Shown one piece after another: positions 9,854 through 20,152 of a DNA stretch of 64,000 bases. Origin of the DNA: an uncultured Actinomycetota bacterium (GTDB lineage Bacteria > Actinomycetota > Actinomycetes > JAHEKZ01); contig CAVQYR010000002.1 of the NCBI GenBank assembly GCA_963718235.1, positions 768,001 to 832,000 of the forward strand, in the 5' to 3' direction. A model generated the notes under the pieces. It was given only the letters and a program-made list of their open reading frames with translations, had not been told where the DNA came from and did no database searches. A program made the position numbers and the translations under genes. Positions within the stretch are counted from its first letter, which is position 1. Every line of letters begins with the position of its first letter.

Positions 9854-10730
9854 GCTCCCCGAGGTCGAGAGCGTCCGACGAGGGCTGGTCGCCCACGTCG
9901 TCGGACGACCGATCGAGGCGGTCGAGGTGCTCCACCCCCGTGCGGTCCGGCGTCATGTGGCCGGAGCACGCGACCTGTCGGCGCGGCTGGCCGGCAGGTC
10001 GTTCGCGGTGCCGCGTCGCCGGGGCAAGTACCTGTGGCTGCCCCTGGACGACGGCGAGGGGGGCCTGGTCGCCCACCTCGGCATGAGCGGACAGTTCCGG
10101 GTGGCCCCTGCCCCCGCGCCGGACGAGCCGCACCTTCGGGTGCGCTGGCGTTTCGCGGACGGCGTCGACGAGCTTCGGTTCGTCGACCAGCGGACGTTCG
10201 GCGGCGTGTGGCTGGAGCCGCTGGCCACCGACGGGGTACCCGACTCGCTGCGCGGGCTGGCACTCGACCCGTTCGAGCCCGGGTACGACCTCCCGGCGAC
10301 CTCCCGGGCCCTGCGCCGTCGGCGCACCCAGGTCAAGCGGGCGCTCCTCGACCAGACCCTGGTGTCGGGGATCGGCAACATCTACGCCGACGAGGCCCTG
10401 TGGCGCGTGCGGCTGCACCACGCACGGCCGACCCAGCAGCTGACCGCCGCCCAGGCGCGTGGGGTGCTGCAGGCGGCCTCGGAGGTCATGGCCGAGGCGC
10501 TGGAGGCGGGCGGGACGTCCTTCGACGCCCTGTACGTGCACGTCAACGGGGACAGCGGCTACTTCGAGCGCTCGCTGCACGCCTACGGCCGAGAGGGCCT
10601 GCCGTGCGACCGGTGCGGGACGCCGATCCGACGCGAGGCCTTCATGAACCGCTCGTCCTTCCTGTGCCCGCACTGCCAGCCGCCCGGCCGGAGGCGACGG
10701 CGCTCACCCGTTCGGGGGAGCGCGCCGTGA
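9846..10730 (+). CDS. mutM: Formamidopyrimidine-DNA glycosylase
   Basis: [29 protein letters not shown] and Zn finger. Confidence 0.96.
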   Translation: MPELPEVESVRRGLVAHVVGRPIEAVEVLHPRAVRRHVAGARDLSARLAGRSFAVPRRRGKYLWLPLDDGEGGLVAHLGMSGQFRVAPAPAPDEPHLRVRWRFADGVDELRFVDQRTFGGVWLEPLATDGVPDSLRGLALDPFEPGYDLPATSRALRRRRTQVKRALLDQTLVSGIGNIYADEALWRVRLHHARPTQQLTAAQARGVLQAASEVMAEALEAGGTSFDALYVHVNGDSGYFERSLHAYGREGLPCDRCGTPIRREAFMNRSSFLCPHCQPPGRRRRRSPVRGSAP

Positions 10731-10873
10731 CCATTCCTTGACCTGGCCGACGCCGGGTGCGACCCTGGAGGGACTTCCCCGAACCAGGCCCGGCCCGGGT
10801 GGCAGCTCGCCCCGACCCGCCGGTCCGACCTCGACTCGCACTCGTTTCGGCCGCTGTTGAAAGGTTCCTCACC

Positions 10874-11086
10874 ATGGCAAAGGCGCTCCTCGGCCACGTC
10901 GGCGGAAGCGATCCTGTGGTAGCGGCCCAGCTGGCCTCGCTGCGCTGTCGCGTGCGCGACCTGGAGGCCGAGGTGCTGCGCCTGCGGGCCGAGAACGACG
11001 CCCTGGCTGCCGCGACCGTGCCGGGTGACCTGCTGACCCTCGACGTCACCTCGACCGTGTCGGGCGGGGCCCCGGTCCTGGCCTGA
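10874..11086 (+). CDS. Small coiled-coil hypothetical protein upstream of smc (70 aa)
   Basis: MAKALLGHVGGSDP then heptad LRCRVRDLEAEVLRLRAENDAL; GAAAGG SD. Confidence 0.75.
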   Translation: MAKALLGHVGGSDPVVAAQLASLRCRVRDLEAEVLRLRAENDALAAATVPGDLLTLDVTSTVSGGAPVLA

Positions 11087-11131
11087 CGTCCCTCCCGGAA
11101 CCGCCGGTTCCCTGCCGGTAGAGTCGCCCCG

Positions 11132-14100
11132 GTGTACCTGAAGAACCTCACCCTGCGGGGTTTCAAGTCGTTTGCGTCGGCCACGACGCTGCGCTTCGAA
11201 CCCGGCATCACCTGTGTCGTCGGACCCAACGGTTCCGGCAAGTCCAACGTGGTCGACGCGCTCTCGTGGGTGATGGGCGAGCAAGGGGCCAAGTCCCTGC
11301 GTGGCGGCAAGATGGAAGACGTCATCTTCGCCGGAACCTCCGGGCGCCCGCCGCTGGGTCGGGCCGAGGTCGTCCTCACCATCGACAACAGCGACGGCGC
11401 CCTGCCGATCGACTACGCCGAGGTGACGATCAGCCGCACGATGTTCCGCAACGGCGGCTCCGACTACGCGATCAATGGGGAGACCGTCCGACTGCTCGAC
11501 GTCCAGGAGCTGCTGTCGGACTCCGGCATCGGGCGGGAGATGCACGTCATCGTGGGGCAGGGGCAGCTGGACTCCGTGCTGTCCGCGACCCCTGAGGACC
11601 GGCGGGGGTTCATCGAGGAGGCCGCTGGTGTCCTCAAGCACCGCAAGCGCAAGGAGAAGGCGCTGCGCAAGCTGGAGGCGATGGAGGCCAACCTCGTCCG
11701 GTTGACCGACCTGACGGCCGAGCTGCGCCGCCAGCTCAAGCCGCTGGGCCGCCAGGCGGAGGTGGCCCGCCGAGCTGCGGTCATCCAGGCCGACGTCCGC
11801 GACGCCCGGCTGCGTCTGCTCGCGGACGACCTGGTCACCCTGCGCGGAGCGCTGGACGCCGAGGTGGCCGACGAGACCGCCCTGCTCGAGCGTCGCTCCG
11901 GGGTCGAGACGGCGCTGGCCGCAGCACGCGGCCAGGAGACCGAGCTGGAGCAGGCCGCGTCGGCCGCGTTGCCGATCGTCACCGCCGCCCAGGAGACCTG
12001 GTACCGGCTGTCCGGTCTGCGCGAGCGCATGCGCGGCACCGCCTCGCTGGCCGCAGAGCGGGTGCGGCAGCTGGCCACCCTGCCCGACGACGACCGGCTT
12101 GGTCCCGACCCGGACGCGCTCGAGGCGCAGGCGATGGAGGTGCGAGCGCAGGAGGCCGAGCTCGCCGGACAGGTCGAGGCGGGTCGGCTGAGCCTGAAGG
12201 AGGCCGAGGCGCTGCGCCACGACGCCGAGACCGCCCTGGCGACCGAGGAGCGCCGCCTGGCGGCGCTGCTGCGGGCCATCGCCGACCGCCGCGAGGGGCT
12301 GGCCCGGCTGGCCGGCCAGGTCAACGGGCGGCGCAGCACGGTAGAGGCAGGGGACGCCGAGATCGCCCGCCTGACCGCCGCGCTCGACGAGGCCCGGGCC
12401 CGGGCCGACCGCGCGCAGCAGGAGTTCGCCGCACTCGAGTCGCGGATCGCCGGCATGGACGCCGGCGAGGTCGACCTCGACTCCGAGCACGACAGCGCCC
12501 TGGCCGCCCTGGCCGCGGCCGACGAGCGGATCGCCGCGCTGCGCGAGGAGGAGCGCGAGGCCGAGCGGGCCCGCAGTGCGGCCACGGCCCGCAAGGAGGC
12601 CCTCGAGATGGGCCTCGCGCCCAAGGACGGCGCTGGCGCGCTGCTAGCCGCAGACACCCGGGTCAGTGGGTTGCTCGGGTCGGTCGCGGCCCTGCTGTCG
12701 GTGCAGCCGGGCGCCGAGACCGCGGTCGCCGCAGCGTTGGGGTCGGCTGCCGACGCCGTCGTCGTGGAGTCGGTGGGCTCCGCGGTCGATGCGATCCGCC
12801 GGCTCAAGGACGACGACGCGGGGCGCACCGGGCTCGTGGTGGGCGGTGCACCGGAGCAGCCGCGGCAGTCCTGGCCGGTCTTGCCCCAGGGCACCCACTA
12901 CGCGATCGACCTGGTGACCGCCCCGACCCAGATCCAGGCCACGCTGACCGCCCTGCTCGAGCGGGTGGCCGTGGTCGACGGGCTCGCGTCGGCCCGGGCT
13001 CTGGTGCAGGAGCACGCCGAGGTGGTGGCGGTCACCCGGGACGGCGACGTCCTCGGGCGGCGGTTCGCGGCCGGGGGCTCCAGCGCGACCCCGAGCCTGC
13101 TCGAGGTCCAGGCCGCCGTCGACGAGGCAGCCGCGGCTCTCGAGGCGGCGTCCCACCGCAGCGAGCAGCTGCGCTTCTCCCTGGCCGGTCTCGCCCAGGA
13201 GCGCGAGGTCGCCTCGGGCCGGGTCGACGCTGCGCTCGCCCAGCTGCACGAGTCCGATGCCCGGCTCGCCGCGGTCGCCGAGCAGCTCGGCCAGCTCGGC
13301 TCGGCTGCCCGGGCTGCGGCCGGGGAGGCCGAGCGGCTGCAGGTCACCATCGACACCGCTCGTGCGGCCCGAGACGGCGATGCGCAGGCCCTGGCCGAGC
13401 TGGAGCAGCGTCTTGCCGCCGCCCAGGACGCCCCTGAGGTCGAGGAGCCGTCGGCCGACGAGCGCGACGCGCTCGCCCTGGCCGCGGCGCAGGCACGGGC
13501 CAGCGAGACCGAGGCCCGCCTGCGGGTCCGCACGGTCGAGGAGCGGGTCGCCGGCCTGGCCGGCCGGGCCGACCAGCTCGACCGGGCGGCCCAGGTCGAG
13601 CGCGAGGCTCGCGAGCGGGCTCGGCTGCGTCGGGAGCGTGCCGTTCGGGAGGCCGCGGTCGCCGCGGCGGTCGTCTCGGCGACCGACGTCGTCCTGTCCC
13701 GCCTGGAGACCTCGTTGGCGCTGGCGGCGGTCGAGCGCGACGAGGCCCAGCGCACCCGCGAGGCCCAGGACGCCGAGCTTGGCGTGGTGCGGCTGCGTCT
13801 GCGCGAGCTCGAGGGTGAGCTGGACCAGCTCACCGACTCCGTCCACCGCGACGAGGTCGCACGCACCGAGCAGCGGCTGCGGATCGAGCAGGCGGAGACG
13901 CGGGCGGTGGAGGAGCTCGGGATCGACGTCGACTCGCTGCTCGCCGACTACGGCCCCGAGCAGCTGGTCCCGCCGTCGGGTGTGGCGCCCGGTGATCCCG
14001 AGCCCGACGTGCCGCCGACCCCCCAGCCCTACGACCGCGGGCAGCAGGGGAAGCGGCTTCGGGCCGCCGAGCGCCAGCTCGCCCTGCTCGGCAAGGTCAA

Positions 14101-14695
14101 CCCGTTGGCGCTGGAGGAGTACGCAGCCCTGGAGGAGCGCCAGCAGTTCCTGACCGAGCAGCTGGAGGACCTCAAGAAGACCAGGCGCGACCTCATGGAC
14201 ATCGTGCGCGAGGTCGACGAGCGCGTCGAGCAGGTCTTCACCGAGGCCTACCGCGACGTCGAGCGTGAGTTCGTCGACGTGTTCGCCCGACTCTTCCCCG
14301 GGGGTGAAGGGCGACTCCTGCTCACCGACCCCACCGACATGCTGGCCTCCGGGGTGGACATCGAGGCCCGACCGCCCGGCAAGAAGGTCAAGCGGCTGTC
14401 CTTGTTGTCCGGCGGCGAGCGCTCGCTGACCGCGGTGGCCTTCCTGATCGCGCTGTTCAAGGCCCGTCCGAGCCCGTTCTACGTGCTCGACGAGGTCGAG
14501 GCGGCCCTCGACGACACCAACCTGGGGCGCTTGCTGGAGATCTACGAGGAGCTGCGCGAGAACAGCCAGCTGATCGTGATCACCCACCAGAAGCGCACGA
14601 TGGAGGTCGCCGACGCCCTGTACGGGGTCTCGATGCGTGGTGACGGGGTCAGTGCGGTGATCAGCCAACGGCTGCGCGAGGCCGAGTCCGCGTGA
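11132..14695 (+). CDS. smc: Chromosome segregation protein SMC
   Basis: GPNGSGKSN, coiled coils and hinge, LSGGE, LDEVEAALD. Confidence 0.98.
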   Translation: MYLKNLTLRGFKSFASATTLRFEPGITCVVGPNGSGKSNVVDALSWVMGEQGAKSLRGGKMEDVIFAGTSGRPPLGRAEVVLTIDNSDGALPIDYAEVTISRTMFRNGGSDYAINGETVRLLDVQELLSDSGIGREMHVIVGQGQLDSVLSATPEDRRGFIEEAAGVLKHRKRKEKALRKLEAMEANLVRLTDLTAELRRQLKPLGRQAEVARRAAVIQADVRDARLRLLADDLVTLRGALDAEVADETALLERRSGVETALAAARGQETELEQAASAALPIVTAAQETWYRLSGLRERMRGTASLAAERVRQLATLPDDDRLGPDPDALEAQAMEVRAQEAELAGQVEAGRLSLKEAEALRHDAETALATEERRLAALLRAIADRREGLARLAGQVNGRRSTVEAGDAEIARLTAALDEARARADRAQQEFAALESRIAGMDAGEVDLDSEHDSALAALAAADERIAALREEEREAERARSAATARKEALEMGLAPKDGAGALLAADTRVSGLLGSVAALLSVQPGAETAVAAALGSAADAVVVESVGSAVDAIRRLKDDDAGRTGLVVGGAPEQPRQSWPVLPQGTHYAIDLVTAPTQIQATLTALLERVAVVDGLASARALVQEHAEVVAVTRDGDVLGRRFAAGGSSATPSLLEVQAAVDEAAAALEAASHRSEQLRFSLAGLAQEREVASGRVDAALAQLHESDARLAAVAEQLGQLGSAARAAAGEAERLQVTIDTARAARDGDAQALAELEQRLAAAQDAPEVEEPSADERDALALAAAQARASETEARLRVRTVEERVAGLAGRADQLDRAAQVEREARERARLRRERAVREAAVAAAVVSATDVVLSRLETSLALAAVERDEAQRTREAQDAELGVVRLRLRELEGELDQLTDSVHRDEVARTEQRLRIEQAETRAVEELGIDVDSLLADYGPEQLVPPSGVAPGDPEPDVPPTPQPYDRGQQGKRLRAAERQLALLGKVNPLALEEYAALEERQQFLTEQLEDLKKTRRDLMDIVREVDERVEQVFTEAYRDVEREFVDVFARLFPGGEGRLLLTDPTDMLASGVDIEARPPGKKVKRLSLLSGGERSLTAVAFLIALFKARPSPFYVLDEVEAALDDTNLGRLLEIYEELRENSQLIVITHQKRTMEVADALYGVSMRGDGVSAVISQRLREAESA

Positions 14696-15066
14696 ACCAG
14701 CCCCCGGTCCCTCCGTACCGGATGGGGGTGCTCGTGTTCGCCGTGGTGTCGGTGGCGGCGCTGGCCGGGCTGCTGGCCTGGGCGATCCTCGTGGTTCCGC
14801 TGCGAGACGCCGACGGGACCAGCGCGGTCGGCCTGCTCGGGCTGCCGCTGCCGGCGCTGGCCGCCGTGTTCGGCTTCAGGTTCGTCACTCGAGACCTCGG
14901 TGGCCGCATGGGGCTGGCCAGCCTCCTGGTCTTCTTCGGATCGCTGGGCTCCACCGTGCTCGCCTTCTCGGTCGCGCCCGGGCTCGTCCTGGTCGTGGTG
15001 CCGCTGCTGTCCGCCGCGTTCGGGCTGCTGGCCCGACGGATGCTCGACGTCCCCTCAGGAGCCTGA
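14692..15066 (+). CDS. Hypothetical 4-TM membrane protein
   Basis: GTGA overlap with smc stop; four hydrophobic segments; fills the smc-ftsY gap. Confidence 0.7.
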   Translation: MNQPPVPPYRMGVLVFAVVSVAALAGLLAWAILVVPLRDADGTSAVGLLGLPLPALAAVFGFRFVTRDLGGRMGLASLLVFFGSLGSTVLAFSVAPGLVLVVVPLLSAAFGLLARRMLDVPSGA

Positions 15067-15069
15067 CCC

Positions 15070-16230
15070 GTGGAACCGCTCTGGATCGCCCTGCTCGTGC
15101 TTGCGGCCGTCGTGGTCGTGGTGGTCGCCGGAGCCGCACTGCTCGCCCCACGGCGCCGTGCCGGGCGCCCGGGGCCGCGGCCCGCAGACCACGTGCCCGG
15201 CGTCGGTGACGACGCGAGTGAGCCGAGGGACACCCCGCTTCGCACCGTCGAGAGCGTGCCGCTCCCCGACGCCGACGGCTCGGGGGGAACGGCGGTCCTC
15301 GAGCGGCCCGAACCCGCGGCCACCCGGTTGCAGCGGCTGCGCGCGCGGCTGGCCGGGTCCCAGTCGGTGCTCGGCCGAGCGCTGCTGGCCGTCCTGTCCC
15401 GCGACCACCTCGACGACGCCGACTGGGAGGACGTCGAGGACACCCTGATCAGTGCCGACCTCGGCGTCGAGGCCAGCCGTTCGCTGGTCGATCGCCTGCG
15501 GACGAGGGTCCGGGTCGAGGGGGCCCAGACACCCGCCGCCGTCCAGGCGCTGCTCCGTGAGGAGCTGCTCGACCTGGTCGGGCGCGACGCGGATCGTTCC
15601 CTCTCCCTGGTCGGAGGCGACGGCAGCCCTGCGGTCGTCATGGTGGTCGGCGTCAACGGCACCGGAAAGACCACGACCACCGGGAAGCTCGCCCGGCTAC
15701 TCGTGGCCGAGGACACTGACGTCCTGCTCGGCGCTGCCGACACGTTCCGAGCGGCCGCCTCCGAGCAGCTGCAGACCTGGGGCGACCGGGTCGGCGTTCC
15801 GGTGGTCCGTGGTCCCGAGGGTGGCGACCCGGGCAGTGTCGCGTTCGAGGCGGTCGCCGCAGGCGTCGAGCAGGAGGTCGACGTCGTGATCGTCGACACG
15901 GCCGGCCGGCTGCACACCAAGTCGGGTCTGATGGACGAGCTGGGGAAGATCAAGCGGGTCGTGGAGAAGCAGGCGTCGGTCACCGAGGTGCTGCTGGTGC
16001 TCGACGCGACCACCGGCCAGAACGGGCTGACCCAGGCCCGGGTCTTCGCCGAGGCCGTCGACGTCACCGGGATCGTGCTCACCAAGCTCGACGGCACGGC
16101 CAAGGGCGGGATCGTGGCCGCAGTGCAGTCCGAGCTGGGCGTGCCGGTGAAGCTGATCGGACTCGGCGAGGGCCCCGACGACCTGGCCCCGTTCGACCCG
16201 GTGGAGTTCGTCGACGCGCTGCTCGGGTGA
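15070..16230 (+). CDS. ftsY: SRP receptor FtsY with N-terminal TM anchor
   Basis: GVNGTGKTTT, DTFRAAA, DTAGR, TKLDGTAKGG. Confidence 0.97.
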   Translation: MEPLWIALLVLAAVVVVVVAGAALLAPRRRAGRPGPRPADHVPGVGDDASEPRDTPLRTVESVPLPDADGSGGTAVLERPEPAATRLQRLRARLAGSQSVLGRALLAVLSRDHLDDADWEDVEDTLISADLGVEASRSLVDRLRTRVRVEGAQTPAAVQALLREELLDLVGRDADRSLSLVGGDGSPAVVMVVGVNGTGKTTTTGKLARLLVAEDTDVLLGAADTFRAAASEQLQTWGDRVGVPVVRGPEGGDPGSVAFEAVAAGVEQEVDVVIVDTAGRLHTKSGLMDELGKIKRVVEKQASVTEVLLVLDATTGQNGLTQARVFAEAVDVTGIVLTKLDGTAKGGIVAAVQSELGVPVKLIGLGEGPDDLAPFDPVEFVDALLG

Positions 16231-16922
16231 GCTCGCAGCGGGCGCACCTGCTCGACACGGTCACCGCGGCGGTGCTGCGACACCGCCGGTGGCCCGTCAC
16301 CCGGGTGGCCGTGGACGGTGTGGACGGCGCGGGCAAGACCTTCTTCGCCGACGAGCTGGCCGCCCGCCTGCGGCACGAGGACGTGCCGGTGATCCGGGCC
16401 GGGATCGACGGGTTCCACCGCCCCGCCCGCGAGCGCTACCGGCGCGGACGCCGAAGTCCTGAGGGCTTCTTCCTGGAATCCTACGACTACCCGGCGTTCC
16501 GGCGATCGCTCCTGGACCCGCTGGTGGCCGGTGGCACGCTGCGCTACCGGGTCGCGGTCTTCGACCTGGCCTCGGACGCCCCGGTGGACCACCCCATGGC
16601 CGTGGCGGAGGTCGGGTCGATCCTGGTGGTCGACGGGATCTTCCTGCATCGTGACGAGCTCGTCGGGGAGTGGGACTTCTCGGTGTTCCTCAGGGTCTCG
16701 TTCGCAGAGGCGACGCGTCGTTGGCAGGTGCGGGACGGAGTCGCACCGCGAAGGCGAACGACGTCAGACGACCGCTACGTCGAGGGCCAGCGGCTGTACC
16801 TGACCGCCTGCCATCCGGAGTGTAGGGCGAGCCTGCTCGTCGACAACGAGGACTCCTCGGCACCCTTCGTCGTCCAGGCCCCCGAACGGGACGCCGGCGG
16901 GGAGCCGCGGGGCCGGGTCTGA
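16227..16922 (+). CDS. Uridine kinase-like P-loop kinase
   Basis: VAVDGVDGAGKT, IDGFH, VDGIFL, RYVEGQRLY; overlaps ftsY stop. Confidence 0.8.
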   Translation: MSSQRAHLLDTVTAAVLRHRRWPVTRVAVDGVDGAGKTFFADELAARLRHEDVPVIRAGIDGFHRPARERYRRGRRSPEGFFLESYDYPAFRRSLLDPLVAGGTLRYRVAVFDLASDAPVDHPMAVAEVGSILVVDGIFLHRDELVGEWDFSVFLRVSFAEATRRWQVRDGVAPRRRTTSDDRYVEGQRLYLTACHPECRASLLVDNEDSSAPFVVQAPERDAGGEPRGRV

Positions 16923-17013
16923 CCGACCGCCCCCGGTGGCGGTTAGGCTTCCTTCCGCAACCGTGCCGGACCCGTCCTGCGCCCGTCTCACCCTGCGAAG
17001 GCTCTCGATTCCC

Positions 17014-18549
17014 TTGTTCACCACGCTCTCCGACCGCCTGAACACCACGCTCAAGTCGCTGCGTGGCAAAGGCAAGCTCTCCGACGCCGACCTCGACGCC
17101 ACGCTGCGCGACATCCGGGTGGCGCTGCTCGAGGCCGACGTCGCTCTGCCTGTGGTCAAGGAGTTCGTCGCTGCCGTCCGCGAGCGGGCCCGGGGAACCG
17201 AGGTCTCCCAGGCGCTGAACCCCGGTCAGCAGGTCGTGAAGATCGTCAACGATGAGCTCGTCACCGTCCTCGGCGGCGAGACCCGCCGGGTGCGCTTCGC
17301 GAAGAACCCGCCCACGGTGATCCTGCTGGCCGGGCTCCAGGGCACCGGCAAGACCACCCTTGCCGGCAAGCTCGGCCACTGGCTCAAGCAGCAGGGGCAC
17401 ACCCCTCTGCTCGTCGCCGCGGACCTGCAGCGACCCAACGCCGTCAACCAGCTGCAGGTGACGGGGGAGCGGGCCGGTGTCCCGGTGTTCGCCCCCGAGC
17501 CGGGCAACGGCGTCGGCGACCCGGTGGCCGTGGCTCGCAACGGGCTCGCCGAGGCGCGGGCCAAGCTGTTCGACGTCGTGGTCGTCGACACTGCGGGTCG
17601 GCTCGGTGTCGACGCCGAGCTGATGCAGCAGGCCAAGGACATCCGCGACGCCGTCAACCCCGACGAGATCCTGTTCGTCCTCGACGCGATGGTCGGCCAG
17701 GACGCCCTCGCCACGGCGACCGCTTTCTCCGAAGGCGTCGGGTTCGACGGGATCGTGCTCACCAAGCTCGACGGCGACGCCCGCGGCGGGGCGGCGCTCT
17801 CGGTCCGCGGTGTCACCGGCAAGCCGATCATGTTCGCCTCCAACGGTGAGAAGGTCGAGGACTTCGACGTCTTCCACCCGGAGCGGATGGCCTCGCGCAT
17901 CCTCGGCATGGGCGACCTGCTCACCCTGATCGAGCAGGCGGAGCGGGTCTTCGAGCGCGACCAGGCCGAGGCCATGGCGGCCAAGATCAGCACGGGCACG
18001 GCCTTCACCCTGGAGGACTTCCTGTCCCAGCTGCAGGCGGTCCGCAAGATGGGCTCGCTGAGCAAGATGCTCGGGATGCTGCCCGGGATGGGTGACTTCA
18101 AGGACCAGATCAACGACATCGACGAGGGCGAGCTCGACCGGGTCCAGGCGATCATCTTGTCCATGACGCCGGCCGAGCGGGTCGACGTGAAGATCCTCAA
18201 CGCCTCCCGCCGGACCCGGATCGCCCGCGGGTCCGGGACCCAGGTCAGCGACGTCAACCAGCTGGTCAACCGGTTCCTCGAGGCGCGCAAGATGATGAGC
18301 TCGATGTCCCGTGGGGGCATGCCGGGGATCCCGGGCATGGGAGGGATGCCCGGTCCCGGAAAGCGGGGCAAGGCCAAGTCCGGCAAGGGCAAGGCCGGCA
18401 AGGGCAAGGCCCGCAGCGGCAACCCGGCCAAGCGGGCCCAGCAGGAGCGCCAGGAGCAGGAGCGGCTGGCCACACCGGCCCCCGGCGTCCCGGCCGACCT
18501 GCAGCTGCCCCCGGAGTTCACCAAGCTGCTGCCGCCCAGCTCGAGCTGA
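17014..18549 (+). CDS. ffh: Signal recognition particle protein Ffh
   Basis: TTG start giving MFTTLSDRL; GLQGTGKTT, DTAGR, TKLDG, Met-rich M domain. Confidence 0.97.
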   Translation: MFTTLSDRLNTTLKSLRGKGKLSDADLDATLRDIRVALLEADVALPVVKEFVAAVRERARGTEVSQALNPGQQVVKIVNDELVTVLGGETRRVRFAKNPPTVILLAGLQGTGKTTLAGKLGHWLKQQGHTPLLVAADLQRPNAVNQLQVTGERAGVPVFAPEPGNGVGDPVAVARNGLAEARAKLFDVVVVDTAGRLGVDAELMQQAKDIRDAVNPDEILFVLDAMVGQDALATATAFSEGVGFDGIVLTKLDGDARGGAALSVRGVTGKPIMFASNGEKVEDFDVFHPERMASRILGMGDLLTLIEQAERVFERDQAEAMAAKISTGTAFTLEDFLSQLQAVRKMGSLSKMLGMLPGMGDFKDQINDIDEGELDRVQAIILSMTPAERVDVKILNASRRTRIARGSGTQVSDVNQLVNRFLEARKMMSSMSRGGMPGIPGMGGMPGPGKRGKAKSGKGKAGKGKARSGNPAKRAQQERQEQERLATPAPGVPADLQLPPEFTKLLPPSSS

Positions 18550-18738
18550 CCGCTTCCCTCGCCCGGGGGCGGGCGGATTGTCGACCGGAGGGGTGCTGCG
18601 GCTAGACTCCCCGCTCGTACCCGACCGACCGCGGGCCCTCTCACCCGTCGGTTCGTCGAGTCCCCCCGCCGAGCACGGCCTGCGTTCCCCACACGCGGCC
18701 CGTTCCGGCTGCGACCAGAACCAGGAGACCCACACCCC

Positions 18739-19332
18739 GTGGCTGTCAAGATCAAGCTCAAGCGGATCGGCAAGATCCGTGAGCCGCACTACCGCATCGT
18801 CATCGCCGACGCCCGGGCCAAGCGCAACGGTCGGGCGATCGAGGAGATCGGCCAGTACCACCCGCTGCACGACCCGTCGGTGATCAAGGTCGACTCCGAG
18901 CGGGTCCAGTACTGGCTCGGGGTCGGCGCCCAGCCGACCGAGGCCGTGGCCGCGCTGCTGCGGGTCACCGGTGACTGGCAGCAGTTCAAGGGCGAGCCGG
19001 CGCCGCCGCCGATGAAGATGGCCGAGCCCAAGCAGGACAAGCGAGCCGTGTTCGAGGCCGCGGTCAAGGACGGCGCCGCTGAGCCCACCGCGGCCGCGAC
19101 GACGCCCAAGAAGGCCAAGGCCCCGAAGCCGGCCAAGGCCGACCCGGTCGATGCTGCTCCGGAACAGGCGGCCCAGCCGGCAGCCGAGCCGGCGGCCGCG
19201 GAGGTTCCCACCGAGGTCGAAGCCCCGGCCGAGGCCGAAGTGGCTGCCGAGGCTGCTCCGGAACCGGAGGTCGAGCAGACCGCTGCCGAGACCGTCCCCG
19301 ACGAGGCTGCCGCGGACGAGGGCAAGGCCTGA
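18739..19332 (+). CDS. rpsP: 30S ribosomal protein S16 with long Ala/Glu/Pro tail
   Basis: [25 protein letters not shown]; CAGGAG SD. Confidence 0.97.
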   Translation: MAVKIKLKRIGKIREPHYRIVIADARAKRNGRAIEEIGQYHPLHDPSVIKVDSERVQYWLGVGAQPTEAVAALLRVTGDWQQFKGEPAPPPMKMAEPKQDKRAVFEAAVKDGAAEPTAAATTPKKAKAPKPAKADPVDAAPEQAAQPAAEPAAAEVPTEVEAPAEAEVAAEAAPEPEVEQTAAETVPDEAAADEGKA

Positions 19333-19333
19333 C

Positions 19334-19576
19334 ATGGTCTCCGACGCGTTGGAGCACCTGGTGCGCGGCATCGTCGACAACCCCGACGACGTGAGTGTGC
19401 GGACCCGGCGCCAGCGGCACGGTGGCTCGATGGTCGAGGTGCGGGTGCACCCCGACGACCTCGGCCGGGTCATCGGCCGCGGCGGCCGCACCGCCGGATC
19501 ACTGCGCACGGTCGTGGACGCCCTGGCTGGGCACCGGACCCGGGTCGACTTCGTCGACACCGTCGGCTCGCGCTAG
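19334..19576 (+). CDS. khpA: KH-domain RNA-binding protein
   Basis: LEHLVRGIVDNPDDV, DLGRVIGRGGRTA; lies between rpsP and rimM. Confidence 0.93.
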   Translation: MVSDALEHLVRGIVDNPDDVSVRTRRQRHGGSMVEVRVHPDDLGRVIGRGGRTAGSLRTVVDALAGHRTRVDFVDTVGSR

Positions 19577-19591
19577 GCCCCAGCGGCGACC

Positions 19592-20152
19592 GTGGCTGCC
19601 CAGTCACCGACGTCTCCGGAGCCTCGCCCGGCCGCGGCCGAGGAGGCGACGGTGGTGGTCGGCCGGGTCGGCCGGCCACATGGGGTGCGTGGTGACGTCG
19701 CCGTCGAGGTGCGTACGGACGAGCCCGAGCGCCGCTTCGCCTCCGGGTCGGTGCTGACCGCCGACAACGGGCCGTTGACCGTTGCGAGCAGTCGGGCGCA
19801 CTCCGGACGTCTGCTCGTGCACTTCGAGGGTGTCGACGACCGAACCGCGGCCGAGCGGCTTCGCGGGCTGCTGCTGCACACGCCGATCGACCCGGACGAG
19901 CGCCCCGCGGACGACGACGAGTTCTACGACCACCAGTTGGTCGGCGCCTCGGTCGTCACCGTCTCCGGTGACGCGGTCGGGCGCGTCGTCGAGGTCGTCC
20001 ACCTGGGTGGCCAGGACCTCCTCGTGGTCCGCCCCGACAGCGGGGGTGACGTCCTGGTCCCCTTTGTGACGTCGATCGTCCCTGTCGTCGAGCCCGGGCG
20101 CCTGGTCATCGACCCCCCGGACGGGCTGCTGCAGCTGGACGCCGGTGCCTGA
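19592..20152 (+). CDS. rimM: Ribosome maturation factor RimM
   Basis: [26 protein letters not shown]. Confidence 0.95.
   Translation: MAAQSPTSPEPRPAAAEEATVVVGRVGRPHGVRGDVAVEVRTDEPERRFASGSVLTADNGPLTVASSRAHSGRLLVHFEGVDDRTAAERLRGLLLHTPIDPDERPADDDEFYDHQLVGASVVTVSGDAVGRVVEVVHLGGQDLLVVRPDSGGDVLVPFVTSIVPVVEPGRLVIDPPDGLLQLDAGA

Noticed and set aside
16690-19560. 956-aa minus-strand ORF and similar long antisense ORFs (12644..14668, 14661..16649, 35001..37073, 55970..57613)
   Set aside because: Shadow frames of well-supported genes in high-GC DNA with no recognisable motifs
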